NCBI GenBank assembly: GCA_027025555.1
Contig: JALVQN010000174.1
Coordinates: 4,704-68,703, forward strand
DNA length: 64,000 bases
DNA from: Desulfobacterales bacterium
GTDB taxonomy: Bacteria > Desulfobacterota > Desulfobacteria > Desulfobacterales > UBA2156
Reading direction: 5' to 3'
Shown here: positions 22,652 to 32,400 of the stretch, piece after piece
Position numbering within the stretch: the first letter of the stretch is position 1
How the letters are laid out: each line of letters begins with the position of its first letter
Translations under genes and position numbers: made by a program
Notes under the pieces: generated by a model
Told to the model about the DNA's origin: nothing
Databases searched by the model: none
Seen by the model: only the letters and a program-made list of their open reading frames with translations

Positions 22652-23266
22652 TTATGGGGTAGAAGTTGCTTCAATTGTGTACTGCATACCGGTATGGGAA
22701 GCAGCAGTTGTCACACCGGAAATATCCAGATCAAAAACAATATCACCGACAACCGCATTCCACAATCCCGGGACATCTACATCAATAGGAGCTCCGGCAG
22801 TAACACTGCCAGTCTGTACCTGCAGGTTGATCATCGTGGCTCTTGATCCGCTTGCAGTAGTTGCATCAGCATTGTTGATTTGAGGGGTAACGCGGATTCG
22901 TCCACTTTGGGTAATGCCGCGCACCGCCCATACACGTTGGACCGTGACATGAATGGGGTTGGGATAGGTTGTGCCGCCGCTGGGTGTCATATTTGCGTCA
23001 AAAGATGCCGGATCAGCCAATGCTGCTGCTGCCGCCGCCCTCCCTTGATCAACTTCTTCGTCGTTGACCCCTGTGAATGTCAAGGTTAAGTATCTGACAT
23101 AGTGGAGAATGACGATGTCTGGAAAATTAATGGTAACATCTGTTGAACCGGAAGCGGCGCGGGCGCTTTGCCACGGCGCCAATGTCAGTACCATTGCAAT
23201 ACATGCCGCGGCGAGAATGCACTTTTTCCATCCATGGCCACTTGATGCTGCCGAACAATGATTCAT
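22652..23266 (-). CDS. secreted beta-rich protein, candidate major fibre subunit
   Basis: 204 aa from ATG 23266, preceded by AAGGAGGG. Signal MNHCSAASSGHGWKKCILAAACIAMVLTLAPWQSARA/ASGS. The mature ~168 aa is rich in T/V/S/G/A with alternating patterns (VTINFPDIVILHYVRYLTLTF, IVFDLDISGV, MQYTIEATS). First gene of the island operon. Confidence 0.4.
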   Translation of the reverse strand: MNHCSAASSGHGWKKCILAAACIAMVLTLAPWQSARAASGSTDVTINFPDIVILHYVRYLTLTFTGVNDEEVDQGRAAAAAALADPASFDANMTPSGGTTYPNPIHVTVQRVWAVRGITQSGRIRVTPQINNADATTASGSRATMINLQVQTGSVTAGAPIDVDVPGLWNAVVGDIVFDLDISGVTTAASHTGMQYTIEATSTP

Positions 23267-23425
23267 GAAACCCTCCTTTTCAACCAAGAAGTTATAGCTG
23301 CTGGATTTGAAAGATTTTTCCTATAGTTGGGCGGACCCGGTGTCAAGAAAAATCTTCTACCCAGGTGAAGCAATTTTTTCCTGATCTTTTCAATCCGATT
23401 TATACGACATGGCGGGCGGTAAATC

Positions 23426-23441
23426 TGTTCTAATGTTCTAA
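23426..23441. repeat. perfect tandem 8-mer TGTTCTAA x2 in the divergent island/osmC intergenic region
   Basis: Read directly: TGTTCTAATGTTCTAA at 23426-23441, about 160 nt upstream of the island operon ATG and about 100 nt upstream of the osmC ATG. Confidence 0.9.
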
Positions 23442-23541
23442 CGACTAAGGGCAGCAGCAAGTACTTTTTCAGTTGACCTTTCCTTAAAAAATGTGGAAAT
23501 ACCGGACAACAAACTTGTATAAACCAAACAGGAGATGCAAA

Positions 23542-23970
23542 ATGGCTGCTGCAACAACCTTGCGATGGACGCACGGAAAGCATTTTGTGGGCATCGACTC
23601 CACGGGCCATTCGGTGGTTCTGTCGGGGGAAAAGAACGGCATCGGCGTCAAGCCCTCTGAAATGCTCCTTATCGCCCTTTCTGCCTGTTCCGCCGTGGAT
23701 GTGGTCCAGATTTTAAAGAAGAAACGGATCCGGCTTTCATTCATGGAGGTGGCAAGCACCGCGGAACAGGACCCGGAGCCGCCCTGGACGTTTCGGAAAA
23801 TCCACTTGACCTATCGCTTCTCCGGCGAGGGCCTCACGCCCAAGGCCGTGGAACAGGCCATTGCCCTTTCCCAGGACAAATATTGCTCGGTGGCCGCCAC
23901 CCTCCGCGGGGTGGCCCAGATCCATACGGAATTTGTGATCCTCCCGGAAAAAAGCCACGACGCCGCATAA
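23542..23970 (+). CDS. OsmC/Ohr family peroxiredoxin-like protein
   Basis: Trimmed to ATG 23542 after AGGAGA. KPSEMLLIALSACSAVDVVQILKKKR and QDKYCSVAATLRG carry the two conserved OsmC cysteines. Confidence 0.9.
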   Translation: MAAATTLRWTHGKHFVGIDSTGHSVVLSGEKNGIGVKPSEMLLIALSACSAVDVVQILKKKRIRLSFMEVASTAEQDPEPPWTFRKIHLTYRFSGEGLTPKAVEQAIALSQDKYCSVAATLRGVAQIHTEFVILPEKSHDAA

Positions 23971-24027
23971 GAGGCTCAAGGCGGGAAAAAGGGGGAATCT
24001 CTTCCACACAAAGGGAGATTGAACGCT

Positions 24028-25890
24028 CTAAAAGCCCCACAGGGCCTCTTTCAACCCGGAGCGCCGTTGAATCTTTTGAGTCACGGTATGGCGGATCACA
24101 TCCTCGCCGCCCAAAAGGAACACCCGTTTCCGGGCCCGCGTGATCCCGGTGTAGAGGAGTTCCCGGGTGAGGACCGGCAAGGGCCGGTCCGGAAGCACCA
24201 GGAGGACCTCGTCAAATTCCGAGCCCTGACTCTTGTGAACCGTCATGGCATAGGCCACCTCGTGCTCCGGGAGCCTGGAAAGGGGCACTTCCCGCCTGCC
24301 CGCATCGACTCCGGGAAAGATCGCATGCAACCCCTTTTCACGGTCGAACCAGAGGAGTCCCGTGTCCCCGTTGAAAAGCCGCGTTTCGTAATGGTTGCGG
24401 GTGATCAGGATGGGCATGCCCGCGTATCCCGGGCCTTGCCGTATCGCACCGGGAGGCATCAATCCCCGGCGCTGGAGGCGCCTCTGGACAAAGGCATTGA
24501 GTGTCTCCACGCCGAAGGGCCCCCGGTTGAGGGCGCACAGGATCCTGAAGCGTTCCATCTTTTCCAGGGCGTCATCCGGCAGGCGCGTTTGAAGGCAGGG
24601 CCCAAATCCTTCCAGAACCGCATTTTCCAGGACCTCTTTTAACAGGGCGCTCCGGTCTCCGCCCACCCACTGGATATCGCCGTGGGCTTGAGATCGAAGC
24701 ACCGCCATGACGCCATCCGCATCCCCCCTCTTTACGGCCCGGCTCAGTTGACGGATGCCGCTGGTTTCCTGGAATCGATAGTTTTTTTCAAGAGAAATCA
24801 GGCAATCCGCAAGGCCCTTTTCTTTGCCCTTTCGAATCCCGAAGGTGCCCTTTGGCAGCTCCAAAAGGGCTTCCAAGGCATGGGCCACTTGTCCTGAGTA
24901 GCTTCCAGGGGAATGTCCTTCGCAGATGTCTCCCAATACATGACCGGACTCCACGGAAGCCAGTTGATCCTTGTCCCCCAAAAGGACGATCCGGGCCGTC
25001 TCCGGCAGGGCCCGAAAGAGTTTGGCCATGAGGGGCAAATCGATCATGGAGGCTTCATCCACCATGACAAGATCGGTCGGAAGCGGCTTCTTTTCCCCGA
25101 AGCGAACGTGGGGCCTGCCGGGTATGCTTCCCAGGAGGCGATGGAGGGTGGTGGCCTCTTCCGGAATCATGGCCCGCAAGGCGTCGCCGACAGGCAGGGT
25201 TTTTTTCGCCAAACGGATGGCGGTCTTGAGCCTGGCGGCCGCCTTCCCGGTGGGCGCCGCCAGATGGATCCGCGATTGCCGGACTTGATCGAGCATAAGG
25301 AGCAGGGAGAGGATCCTGGCCGCCAGGGTGGTCTTCCCGGTTCCGGGCCCGCCGGAAACGACACAGAGGCGCCTTGTGGCGGCGATGCATGCGGCTGCGG
25401 CCTGAGACACATCGAATGTCCCGTCCTTTCTCGGGAAGAGCTGCTTCAAGGCCTCTTTCAAGCGGGAGGGGGGAATATCCATGAGGGGGGCCCGGGCCCT
25501 TTCAAGAATGGCACCGGCAAGCAGGGTTTCATCTTCCCAGAGCCGATGCAGATAGAATCGGCCGGCGGGATCCAGGACCAAGGGGGTCATCGCCTCCCCG
25601 CTTCCCACCACGGGGCTTTCTTTGAGGGATTGGATCCACAACCCGGCTTCAGGGCAGGCGACGGCCGGAAAGCCTTCTTTTGCCTCCACCAGCGTCTGTC
25701 CGGCCGCTTCATGCAAATCAAGGCAGACATCTCCCCTTGAAACGGCGCGGCTGACCAGGGCCGCCGCCAGGAAAAAGGGGAAATCCCCTGTTCCGGAAAG
25801 ACGGCGCATGAGGCGTGCGAAACGGACATCCAGCCTGGAAAGGACGCCTGCCTCCAGGAGTCGGTCTTCAAAGGGTTTGGACGGGTTCAA
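24028..25890 (-). CDS. recD: exodeoxyribonuclease V subunit alpha
   Basis: 620 aa. VSGGPGTGKTT Walker A, VMVDEASMIDL Walker B, MTVHKSQGSEF. Follows recB. Confidence 0.9.
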   Translation of the reverse strand: MNPSKPFEDRLLEAGVLSRLDVRFARLMRRLSGTGDFPFFLAAALVSRAVSRGDVCLDLHEAAGQTLVEAKEGFPAVACPEAGLWIQSLKESPVVGSGEAMTPLVLDPAGRFYLHRLWEDETLLAGAILERARAPLMDIPPSRLKEALKQLFPRKDGTFDVSQAAAACIAATRRLCVVSGGPGTGKTTLAARILSLLLMLDQVRQSRIHLAAPTGKAAARLKTAIRLAKKTLPVGDALRAMIPEEATTLHRLLGSIPGRPHVRFGEKKPLPTDLVMVDEASMIDLPLMAKLFRALPETARIVLLGDKDQLASVESGHVLGDICEGHSPGSYSGQVAHALEALLELPKGTFGIRKGKEKGLADCLISLEKNYRFQETSGIRQLSRAVKRGDADGVMAVLRSQAHGDIQWVGGDRSALLKEVLENAVLEGFGPCLQTRLPDDALEKMERFRILCALNRGPFGVETLNAFVQRRLQRRGLMPPGAIRQGPGYAGMPILITRNHYETRLFNGDTGLLWFDREKGLHAIFPGVDAGRREVPLSRLPEHEVAYAMTVHKSQGSEFDEVLLVLPDRPLPVLTRELLYTGITRARKRVFLLGGEDVIRHTVTQKIQRRSGLKEALWGF

Positions 25891-25905
25891 GGGGCTTGTC
25901 CTCTT

Positions 25906-28900
25906 TCAAAGGTCCGGCATCAGTGTCTTTTCCAGGGTCTTGATTCTCTCTTTGCGGGGCAGATCGTAAAAGACCCCGGTTTGGGAGATGCCGGTGTCGG
26001 GGTCCGGCCGGATTCCCCGAATAAAGAGATAAAAAACACCTCCGAAATCCCTCTCGTAGGAAAAGGAGGGGTTTTTTAATTTCAGATACCGGTAAAGGGC
26101 CAGGACATAAAGATGGTACTGGAGGAAGTAGTATGCTTCTTCCATGACCTGAGAAAGACGATGACCGGTATAGGCCTCCAGGCCGCTTCCCAAAAGATTC
26201 GATTTCCAGTCGATGAGATAGTATCGGCCTCCTTGAAACGCCACCAGGTCCATGAATCCCCTCATGAATCCTTCCCAGGGAGAAAAAACAAGGTTTCCCA
26301 GGCGCCTTGAAAAACCGCCTCCCCTTCCCTTTTTCGTCTTGGCGTCAAAAGCAGCCGCCAGTGTTTTTGGAGAGAGGCGCTTCACCGGGAAATCGAACGC
26401 CATCTCATGAATTCTTTCCCGGGGCGACAGCCTCGAAAGGATCAATTCGCCTTGATCCGCCGCAAGGCGCGTGGAGAGAACACGGGTTGCAGCGTTGCAA
26501 ACGGCGTCTTTCCAGGAAGGGTCGAAGCCGAAACCCGAAAGCAGGGTCTCGGCCAAGGCGGTCTGTTGAACCGGGGGCACGGAAAAGTCGAGGCTTTCAA
26601 AGAAGGCATGAAAAAACCGGCCGGCTTGGGCTCCCGCCGGAAAAGTAAAAAGATTTTCATAATCGCAGGCCCCCGGGGCTTCCCATTGTCCAAGAGCATC
26701 CTCATCCTTGTCTTCTGCCGGCTCCGAGACCCCGGTGATGAGGGAAGAGTAGCTGGAGACCCTCCATCCAGGGGGAATGGACCCTGAAAAGGGCCGTACG
26801 GAAAGGGAGGGGGGGGTGTCCTGACTAACGGAACGCCTCGTCTTTTTTCCTTGGGGCAGTTCGGAGACAGCGATGCTCCCGCCGGACTTGTCCGCAAGGG
26901 CCTGCAAATCCGACCGGAATGCCGCGTCATCCTTTTTGTCAAAAGTCCTTTTCAGGATTTCTTCGGGAAGCCTTTCCGGGTCGTTGAGATCCGCGTGGGT
27001 GCGGTGGTGGAAAAGGTAGACCATGGCCGAAGACCGGGCCGCAGCGATTTTTCCCCAGACCAGGTAGCATCGCTGTTTTGCCCGGGTCAAGGCCACGTAA
27101 AGGAGCCGGATGTTTTCGGCCAGGCGTTCCTTTTGGGCCAGGAAGCGGCCTTTGGGATGGCTGCCGGGATCCAGGTCCATCACCATCACCAGAGGAAAGT
27201 CCGAATCCGGATCATGGAAGGTCAACGCGGTCTCCTTTCCCGAGGCGTTTTCCCATGCAAAGGGACAGAAAACCACGCCAAACTCCAGTCCCTTGCTGCG
27301 ATGCATGGTGAGTATCGTCACCGCGTTTTCATCGCTTTCCAGCCTCAGCTGATGGGCCTCCACCCCCGGCGCATGGGGGCTGCGCCTTATGGAGAACCAT
27401 TTCAAGAGGCCTGTCATGGTGAAGGGGTGTGAGGCGGAGGCCTCCTGGAGGAGCTCCGCAAGGTGCATGAGGTTGGTCAAACGCCTTTCCCCGTCCGGAT
27501 ACCGGATCAGACGCGCCTTGACCCTTTCCTGTTCCATGAACCGTGCAAACATGGGGATAAATCCCTGTTTGCGCCAGAGGGTGTGATATTCCTGAAACCG
27601 GGCTAGGGCCGCCTCCAGGGTCTTGTTCCCCGTGCTTTCAGGATCCAGCTCGCCTGCGGTGAATCCCGCCAGGTCCGTGGCCAGGGCGGCACGGACCCGA
27701 AACGGATTCAAGGGGTCCTGGATCCCGGAAAGGAGGCGCTCCAGTTCGACGGCTTCACGGGACCGAAAAACGTCTTCATCGCTGAACAGAACCGCCGGCA
27801 TCCGACGTTGCGTCAAGGCCTGCTTGACGATCCGCGCCTGGCGATGGGTTCGCACCAGGACCGCGATCTCCTTTTCCTGAAACTGGCCGCCGTCCACGAG
27901 GGACACGATTTCGTCGGCCACGGCCTCGGAAATGGCTGCCACCGCCTCGGTTTTCCCCACAGGTTTGCCGTCCCGTCCCGGCACATACCAAATCTTGAAC
28001 GGGGGGGAATCGGATCCATCTGTGGGGTCTTCTTTTTTTGCCGCACTCCCGGCATGAAAGGGAATCTCCTCAAAAAGAAAGGGTCGGGACACATGGGAAA
28101 AGAGCGCATTGACCGCCTGGACCAGTTTGGGAACGGACCGGAAGTTCCGGGTGAGCGTATGGCTTTTTCGGGCCTTCCTGGCGGCTTTCATGTAAGAAAA
28201 GAGATCCGCCCCCCGGAATCCGTATATGGCCTGTTTCGGGTCACCGATCATGAAAAGGGCCTGGCCGGGTCTTGAAAAGAGCCTGGAAAAGATTTCGTAC
28301 TGGATAGGATCGGTATCCTGGAATTCATCCACCAGGGCCGCCTGGTATGTCTTGGCCACGGCATGCACCAGGCGCCGCCCGCTCCCGCTTCGCAGGGTGT
28401 TTCTGACGGCCAAAAGGAGATCTTCATAGAATTGAAGCCGAAAGCGGCGTTTCCTTGCAGCCAGTTCAGTCTCGGCGAAACGGAAAAAATCTGTCTTCAA
28501 AAGGACGAATGCCTTTTCCATCTCATTTTTCAGGATATGGGCGGCCTCTTGAAGGGCCTTGCACAGATCAAAGAAGGGGTGGGTGGGGGTGCGTTTCCCC
28601 TTTTTCGTGCCCGCTTGCAGGCGCTCCGGGGTCAAGTGGACAAAGTCTTCCGGCAGGGGAAACCCGGAGGCCTCGGAGCCGGCCAGAAAGTCCAGGTAGT
28701 TGATCAGGTTAAAAACCCGCTTTTGACTGTAGCGGTGCCGGTTCAAAGAAGCGTCGGTGAGGCAGGCGGTGACCGCCTCCCGGCATTTCGGCCAGGCCCT
28801 CTTCACCCGGTTCAAGAGGCTGCGGAAGGGGTCCAGGCCCGAAAGGGGGGCGTTTCGGACACGGGGCACAACACGGATGTCGGGCCAACGGATTTCGATG

Positions 28901-29460
28901 AGCATTGAAAAAAGCGCCTCCGGGCCTTTCATCCGTTCCAGACAGTAGCCCACGAACTCGGGGGGGGCCGCATAGAGGCGGCGGCGCCAGAAATCGTCAC
29001 ACACTTCCTGGATGAAGGCCAAGGGATCGGTGACCAGTTCCGTGTCAAATGCGGCGCCGGTCTCAAAGGCCCATTCCTGCAAGAGACGGTGACAGAAGCC
29101 GTGGATGGTGAATATGGCGGCCCGGTCGAATTCACGAAGGGCGTCGGAAAGGATCTCCAGGGCGCCGGGATCCCGAAAATACCGCTGAACCAAAAATTGC
29201 AGGAGCGCGTCCTTGTCGGGGGACCGGCCTGCGGCCAGGGCCTGCCGGGCTTTAAGGAGACGGTTGCGGACCTGGATCCGCAACTCTTCGGTGGCGGCGT
29301 TGGTGAAGGTGACCACAAGGATCTGATCCACCCCCAGTCGTTTTTCAAGGAGAAAGCGCAAAAAAAGCCCGGTGATGGACCAGGTCTTCCCGGTGCCGGC
29401 GCTGGCTTCGATGAGGACGGTTCCTTCCAGGGGGACGGTGCGGATATCCAGCGCCTTCAT
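25906..29460 (-). CDS. recB: exodeoxyribonuclease V subunit beta (UvrD-type helicase plus PD-(D/E)XK nuclease)
   Basis: 1184 aa. LIEASAGTGKTWSI, VDEFQDTDPIQ, and a C-terminal GFMDLVAFQGGRYYLIDWKSN nuclease motif. 4-nt overlap with recC. Confidence 0.95.
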   Translation of the reverse strand: MKALDIRTVPLEGTVLIEASAGTGKTWSITGLFLRFLLEKRLGVDQILVVTFTNAATEELRIQVRNRLLKARQALAAGRSPDKDALLQFLVQRYFRDPGALEILSDALREFDRAAIFTIHGFCHRLLQEWAFETGAAFDTELVTDPLAFIQEVCDDFWRRRLYAAPPEFVGYCLERMKGPEALFSMLIEIRWPDIRVVPRVRNAPLSGLDPFRSLLNRVKRAWPKCREAVTACLTDASLNRHRYSQKRVFNLINYLDFLAGSEASGFPLPEDFVHLTPERLQAGTKKGKRTPTHPFFDLCKALQEAAHILKNEMEKAFVLLKTDFFRFAETELAARKRRFRLQFYEDLLLAVRNTLRSGSGRRLVHAVAKTYQAALVDEFQDTDPIQYEIFSRLFSRPGQALFMIGDPKQAIYGFRGADLFSYMKAARKARKSHTLTRNFRSVPKLVQAVNALFSHVSRPFLFEEIPFHAGSAAKKEDPTDGSDSPPFKIWYVPGRDGKPVGKTEAVAAISEAVADEIVSLVDGGQFQEKEIAVLVRTHRQARIVKQALTQRRMPAVLFSDEDVFRSREAVELERLLSGIQDPLNPFRVRAALATDLAGFTAGELDPESTGNKTLEAALARFQEYHTLWRKQGFIPMFARFMEQERVKARLIRYPDGERRLTNLMHLAELLQEASASHPFTMTGLLKWFSIRRSPHAPGVEAHQLRLESDENAVTILTMHRSKGLEFGVVFCPFAWENASGKETALTFHDPDSDFPLVMVMDLDPGSHPKGRFLAQKERLAENIRLLYVALTRAKQRCYLVWGKIAAARSSAMVYLFHHRTHADLNDPERLPEEILKRTFDKKDDAAFRSDLQALADKSGGSIAVSELPQGKKTRRSVSQDTPPSLSVRPFSGSIPPGWRVSSYSSLITGVSEPAEDKDEDALGQWEAPGACDYENLFTFPAGAQAGRFFHAFFESLDFSVPPVQQTALAETLLSGFGFDPSWKDAVCNAATRVLSTRLAADQGELILSRLSPRERIHEMAFDFPVKRLSPKTLAAAFDAKTKKGRGGGFSRRLGNLVFSPWEGFMRGFMDLVAFQGGRYYLIDWKSNLLGSGLEAYTGHRLSQVMEEAYYFLQYHLYVLALYRYLKLKNPSFSYERDFGGVFYLFIRGIRPDPDTGISQTGVFYDLPRKERIKTLEKTLMPDL

Positions 29461-32400
29461 GTTGGGGCGTTGCCTTTTTCCAGATGTTCGAACAAGGGGG
29501 AAAAGACCCTTTCTGCATGCGCTTCGAACCGGCCCTCCAGGGGGGCAATGCCCCGAAAACAGCGCTCAATGTAAGGGTCTCCGGCGTCTCCGGGAAAAAT
29601 TTCGGTTCCGATCCACTTCTTTCTTGCCCGATTGAGGGCTTCTGCGTTGGAGGTGCCGTTATAGAACCGCTGCCGGGCATATTCAAAGGAGGCCTGGGGG
29701 AAAAGGGAAAGGGGCTTCGAGAGCCCTTCTCGATATAAGGCAAGGAGGGATTCCAGAAGGGATGCCGCGTTGGAAACGGCTCGGAACCGAAACATCTTGT
29801 CTTTGGAAAGGGTCACGGCCCCTTGGGCCCTTTCCGGAAAGAGGCTGGAAAAAAACAGATATCGGATCCATGTATCCAGCAGGTCTTTCCCGGGGGCCTT
29901 GACATACCGGTATCTTACCAGAAAGTTCCCGTAAATGCCTGTCACCTTTCCGGAAAGGAAAATACCGTTTTGCCGGAACTCCCCCGAGACTTCCGCCTCC
30001 GCGGCACCGCCGCAGGCGTTTCTGATCTGCCGGACAAAGGGCGTAATCTCCTGGTGGATCCGGTGAAAAAGGACCCTCCCCACGTTTCCATGGGGAAGGC
30101 GTCCCTCGAGGCGCCAAAGGGTGTACAGCTTTTCCGGAGGCATCCCTTTGAGGCAGGCTTCCACCAGCGCCTGGACCAGGTGAAAGGCCTCCAGTGCGTC
30201 GAGCCGGAACGGTTCCCGCTCTTCCAGGGGGAGGTCTTCTTCGGGAAGATGAATCCCGAGCCGGTTTTTCATGAAAAAGGCCGGTGGATTCCAGAAGAAG
30301 CGGCACAGATCCTCCAGGTCCAGGGATTCAAATGTTCTGTCAGGCGGTGCCAAGGGGCCTTCCATGAAGGGCGGGGGAACGACAAAACGGGTGAGGCTGC
30401 CCTTTGCGGCGGAAAAGTCGTCTTGGGAATAGCTGAACAATACGGGATGGTCCCTGAAATAGTCCCTTGAAAAAGGATGAAGCCGGTGACGGACCACCAG
30501 GTTGGCCTCGGCAATCCCGTAGCCGTCCCGGACATAGTCCACAAGCTGGGTCACAAGGACGGAGGGCGGCATGGAGGCATTGTCTTTCATGTTCATGCCC
30601 ACGTAGCTGATATGGAGGTATTGCCGCGCCGAAAGGAGGGCCTCCAGGAAAAGGTATTTGTCATCCCGCCTGCGGGAACGGTCTCCGGCTCTGGGGTGCA
30701 ACGCCATGCGGTCGAAGGTCAGGGAGAAGTCTTCCCGGGGAAAGGCGCCGTCGTTCATCCCGACAAGACAGATCACCCGGGCCGGAATGCTTCGCATGGG
30801 AAGCAGGGTGCAGAAGGTCACGCCCCCCGAGGCGAACCGGGCCCCTTCCCTTTCCCTGCCCAGATGTTCCTTCAGGAAGGCGCGGACCACCGGGAAGGGG
30901 AGTGCCTCCTCGAATCCGGCGTGTGAGGCCACCGTCTCCAGACGGTTCAAGGCGTCACGGACGGCAAAGAGGCCTTGCATCTCCGACGCGTCGGCAAATA
31001 GCGTTTCATCGAGCAGTTTGTTGAATAAACGGACCCATGTACCCATATCCCGGGGGCTTTCAAACGCCTGGTGATAATACGTTACCTTGTCGAAAAAATC
31101 GAAGAACCGGCCCAAGGCCGTGGCCCATTCGCCTTCTACGGCATCGTGGGGCAAGATCCCGGCCACGTCTTTTTCTTCCTTTTTCCGGATGGCGTATCCC
31201 ATCAGCAACCGTTGGAGGCCCGCTTCCCAGGTGTTTTCCTCGGAACCGGGAAGCCCCCAGCGCATGCGATCCGCGGCATCGATCCCCCAGCGGATACGGG
31301 TCTCTTTGACCCATTGTCCGATGCGTTGAACTTCTCCCTCGGAAAGCAGGAAACGCCGCCGAACGGGGGGATGCTCCAAGAGATCCAGAACCTGGGCAGC
31401 TCCCAAACGGGTATCGTGGAGCAAGAGCAAGGCCAAGAACGCCGCCACCACTGTTTCCTCCATGCCGATACGCGGATCCGCCAGGTGAAAGGGGATCTTG
31501 GGGCGGCCGCCGGACCCTCCCCCGAAGACGGCCTGGATGGCAGGGGCGTAGGTTTCCATGGCAGGCGCCATCACGAGGATGTCGTGTGGGGCCAGTCCGG
31601 GTTCGGATTCAAAAAGATCCAGTAAGAAATCGTGGAGCACCTCCATTTCCCGCAGGGGACTGTGGCAGGCATGGATGCAAAGGGAACGGTCCGGTCGTAG
31701 TCCCTTCTGCGTTTCGGAGCCAAAGGAGGCGATGGGTTCCGGTTCCGAAAGGGTGAGGATGTCCTTTTGGATCCGGGAAAGGACCGTGTTTCCTTCAGGC
31801 GTCTGAAAGTCTTCTTCCACTCGGGCTTCCAGGGCGTGGATGGCTGAAAAGAACTGCTTTCCCTGGACCCCCCAGGCGGCGAGCAATCGATTTCCCCGTT
31901 CCAGGTGCAGGGCTTGCACGGCGTCGCGGGCTTCGGGATAGTCTTTCCGGAGGCGCCTTGCTTCAAAATCCGATACGATGTCCGACCAGTATTCCTGGCA
32001 GGGGTTCATCAAGAAGAAGTAGACGGGCACCTGCCGGCCCATCTCCGCAAAGACCTGGAGGTATACGGGCGGAAGATAGGAGATACCGAAGATGCAAATC
32101 CGCTGGAAGTGATCCTGGATCCTGACCTTTCGGGCCCGGAGGGCCTCCACGAGGCCTTTGAACATGCGGGCCGGGTGAAATGGGGGCCCGTGCCCGATCA
32201 AGTCCCGCCACAAGTCCGCCTGCCAGTCTTTCTCCTTCCCCGACTCCCAGGAAAGGATCATTTCCGGCCTAAAGACAAGGTACTGGTCGAAGAGATGCGC
32301 GATTTTCCGGGAAATGCCGTAGGCCTTCAAGGGGTCGGCGTCCCCTTGAAGGTAGGCCGAGAGGGCTTCAAAGCCCGGCTCCCGGATGCGGCGGCCAAGG

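Larger units (their letters stand above)
18400..23460. other. AT-richer four-gene insertion (candidate genomic island) between ispF and osmC
   Basis: Hand-counted 60-nt lines inside give 24, 26, 28 and 32 G+C of 60. Flanking genes gave 35/60 and about 72% in two lines and 27/60 in a third. The ORF track shows far fewer long antisense shadow ORFs here. No integrase, tRNA or flanking direct repeat was found. Confidence 0.5.

Noticed and set aside
18333-23541. Calling the AT-rich island a mobile element.
   Set aside because: I found no integrase, transposase or recombinase gene, no adjacent tRNA and no flanking direct or inverted repeats. Only the compositional and contextual evidence holds, so it is reported as 'other'.
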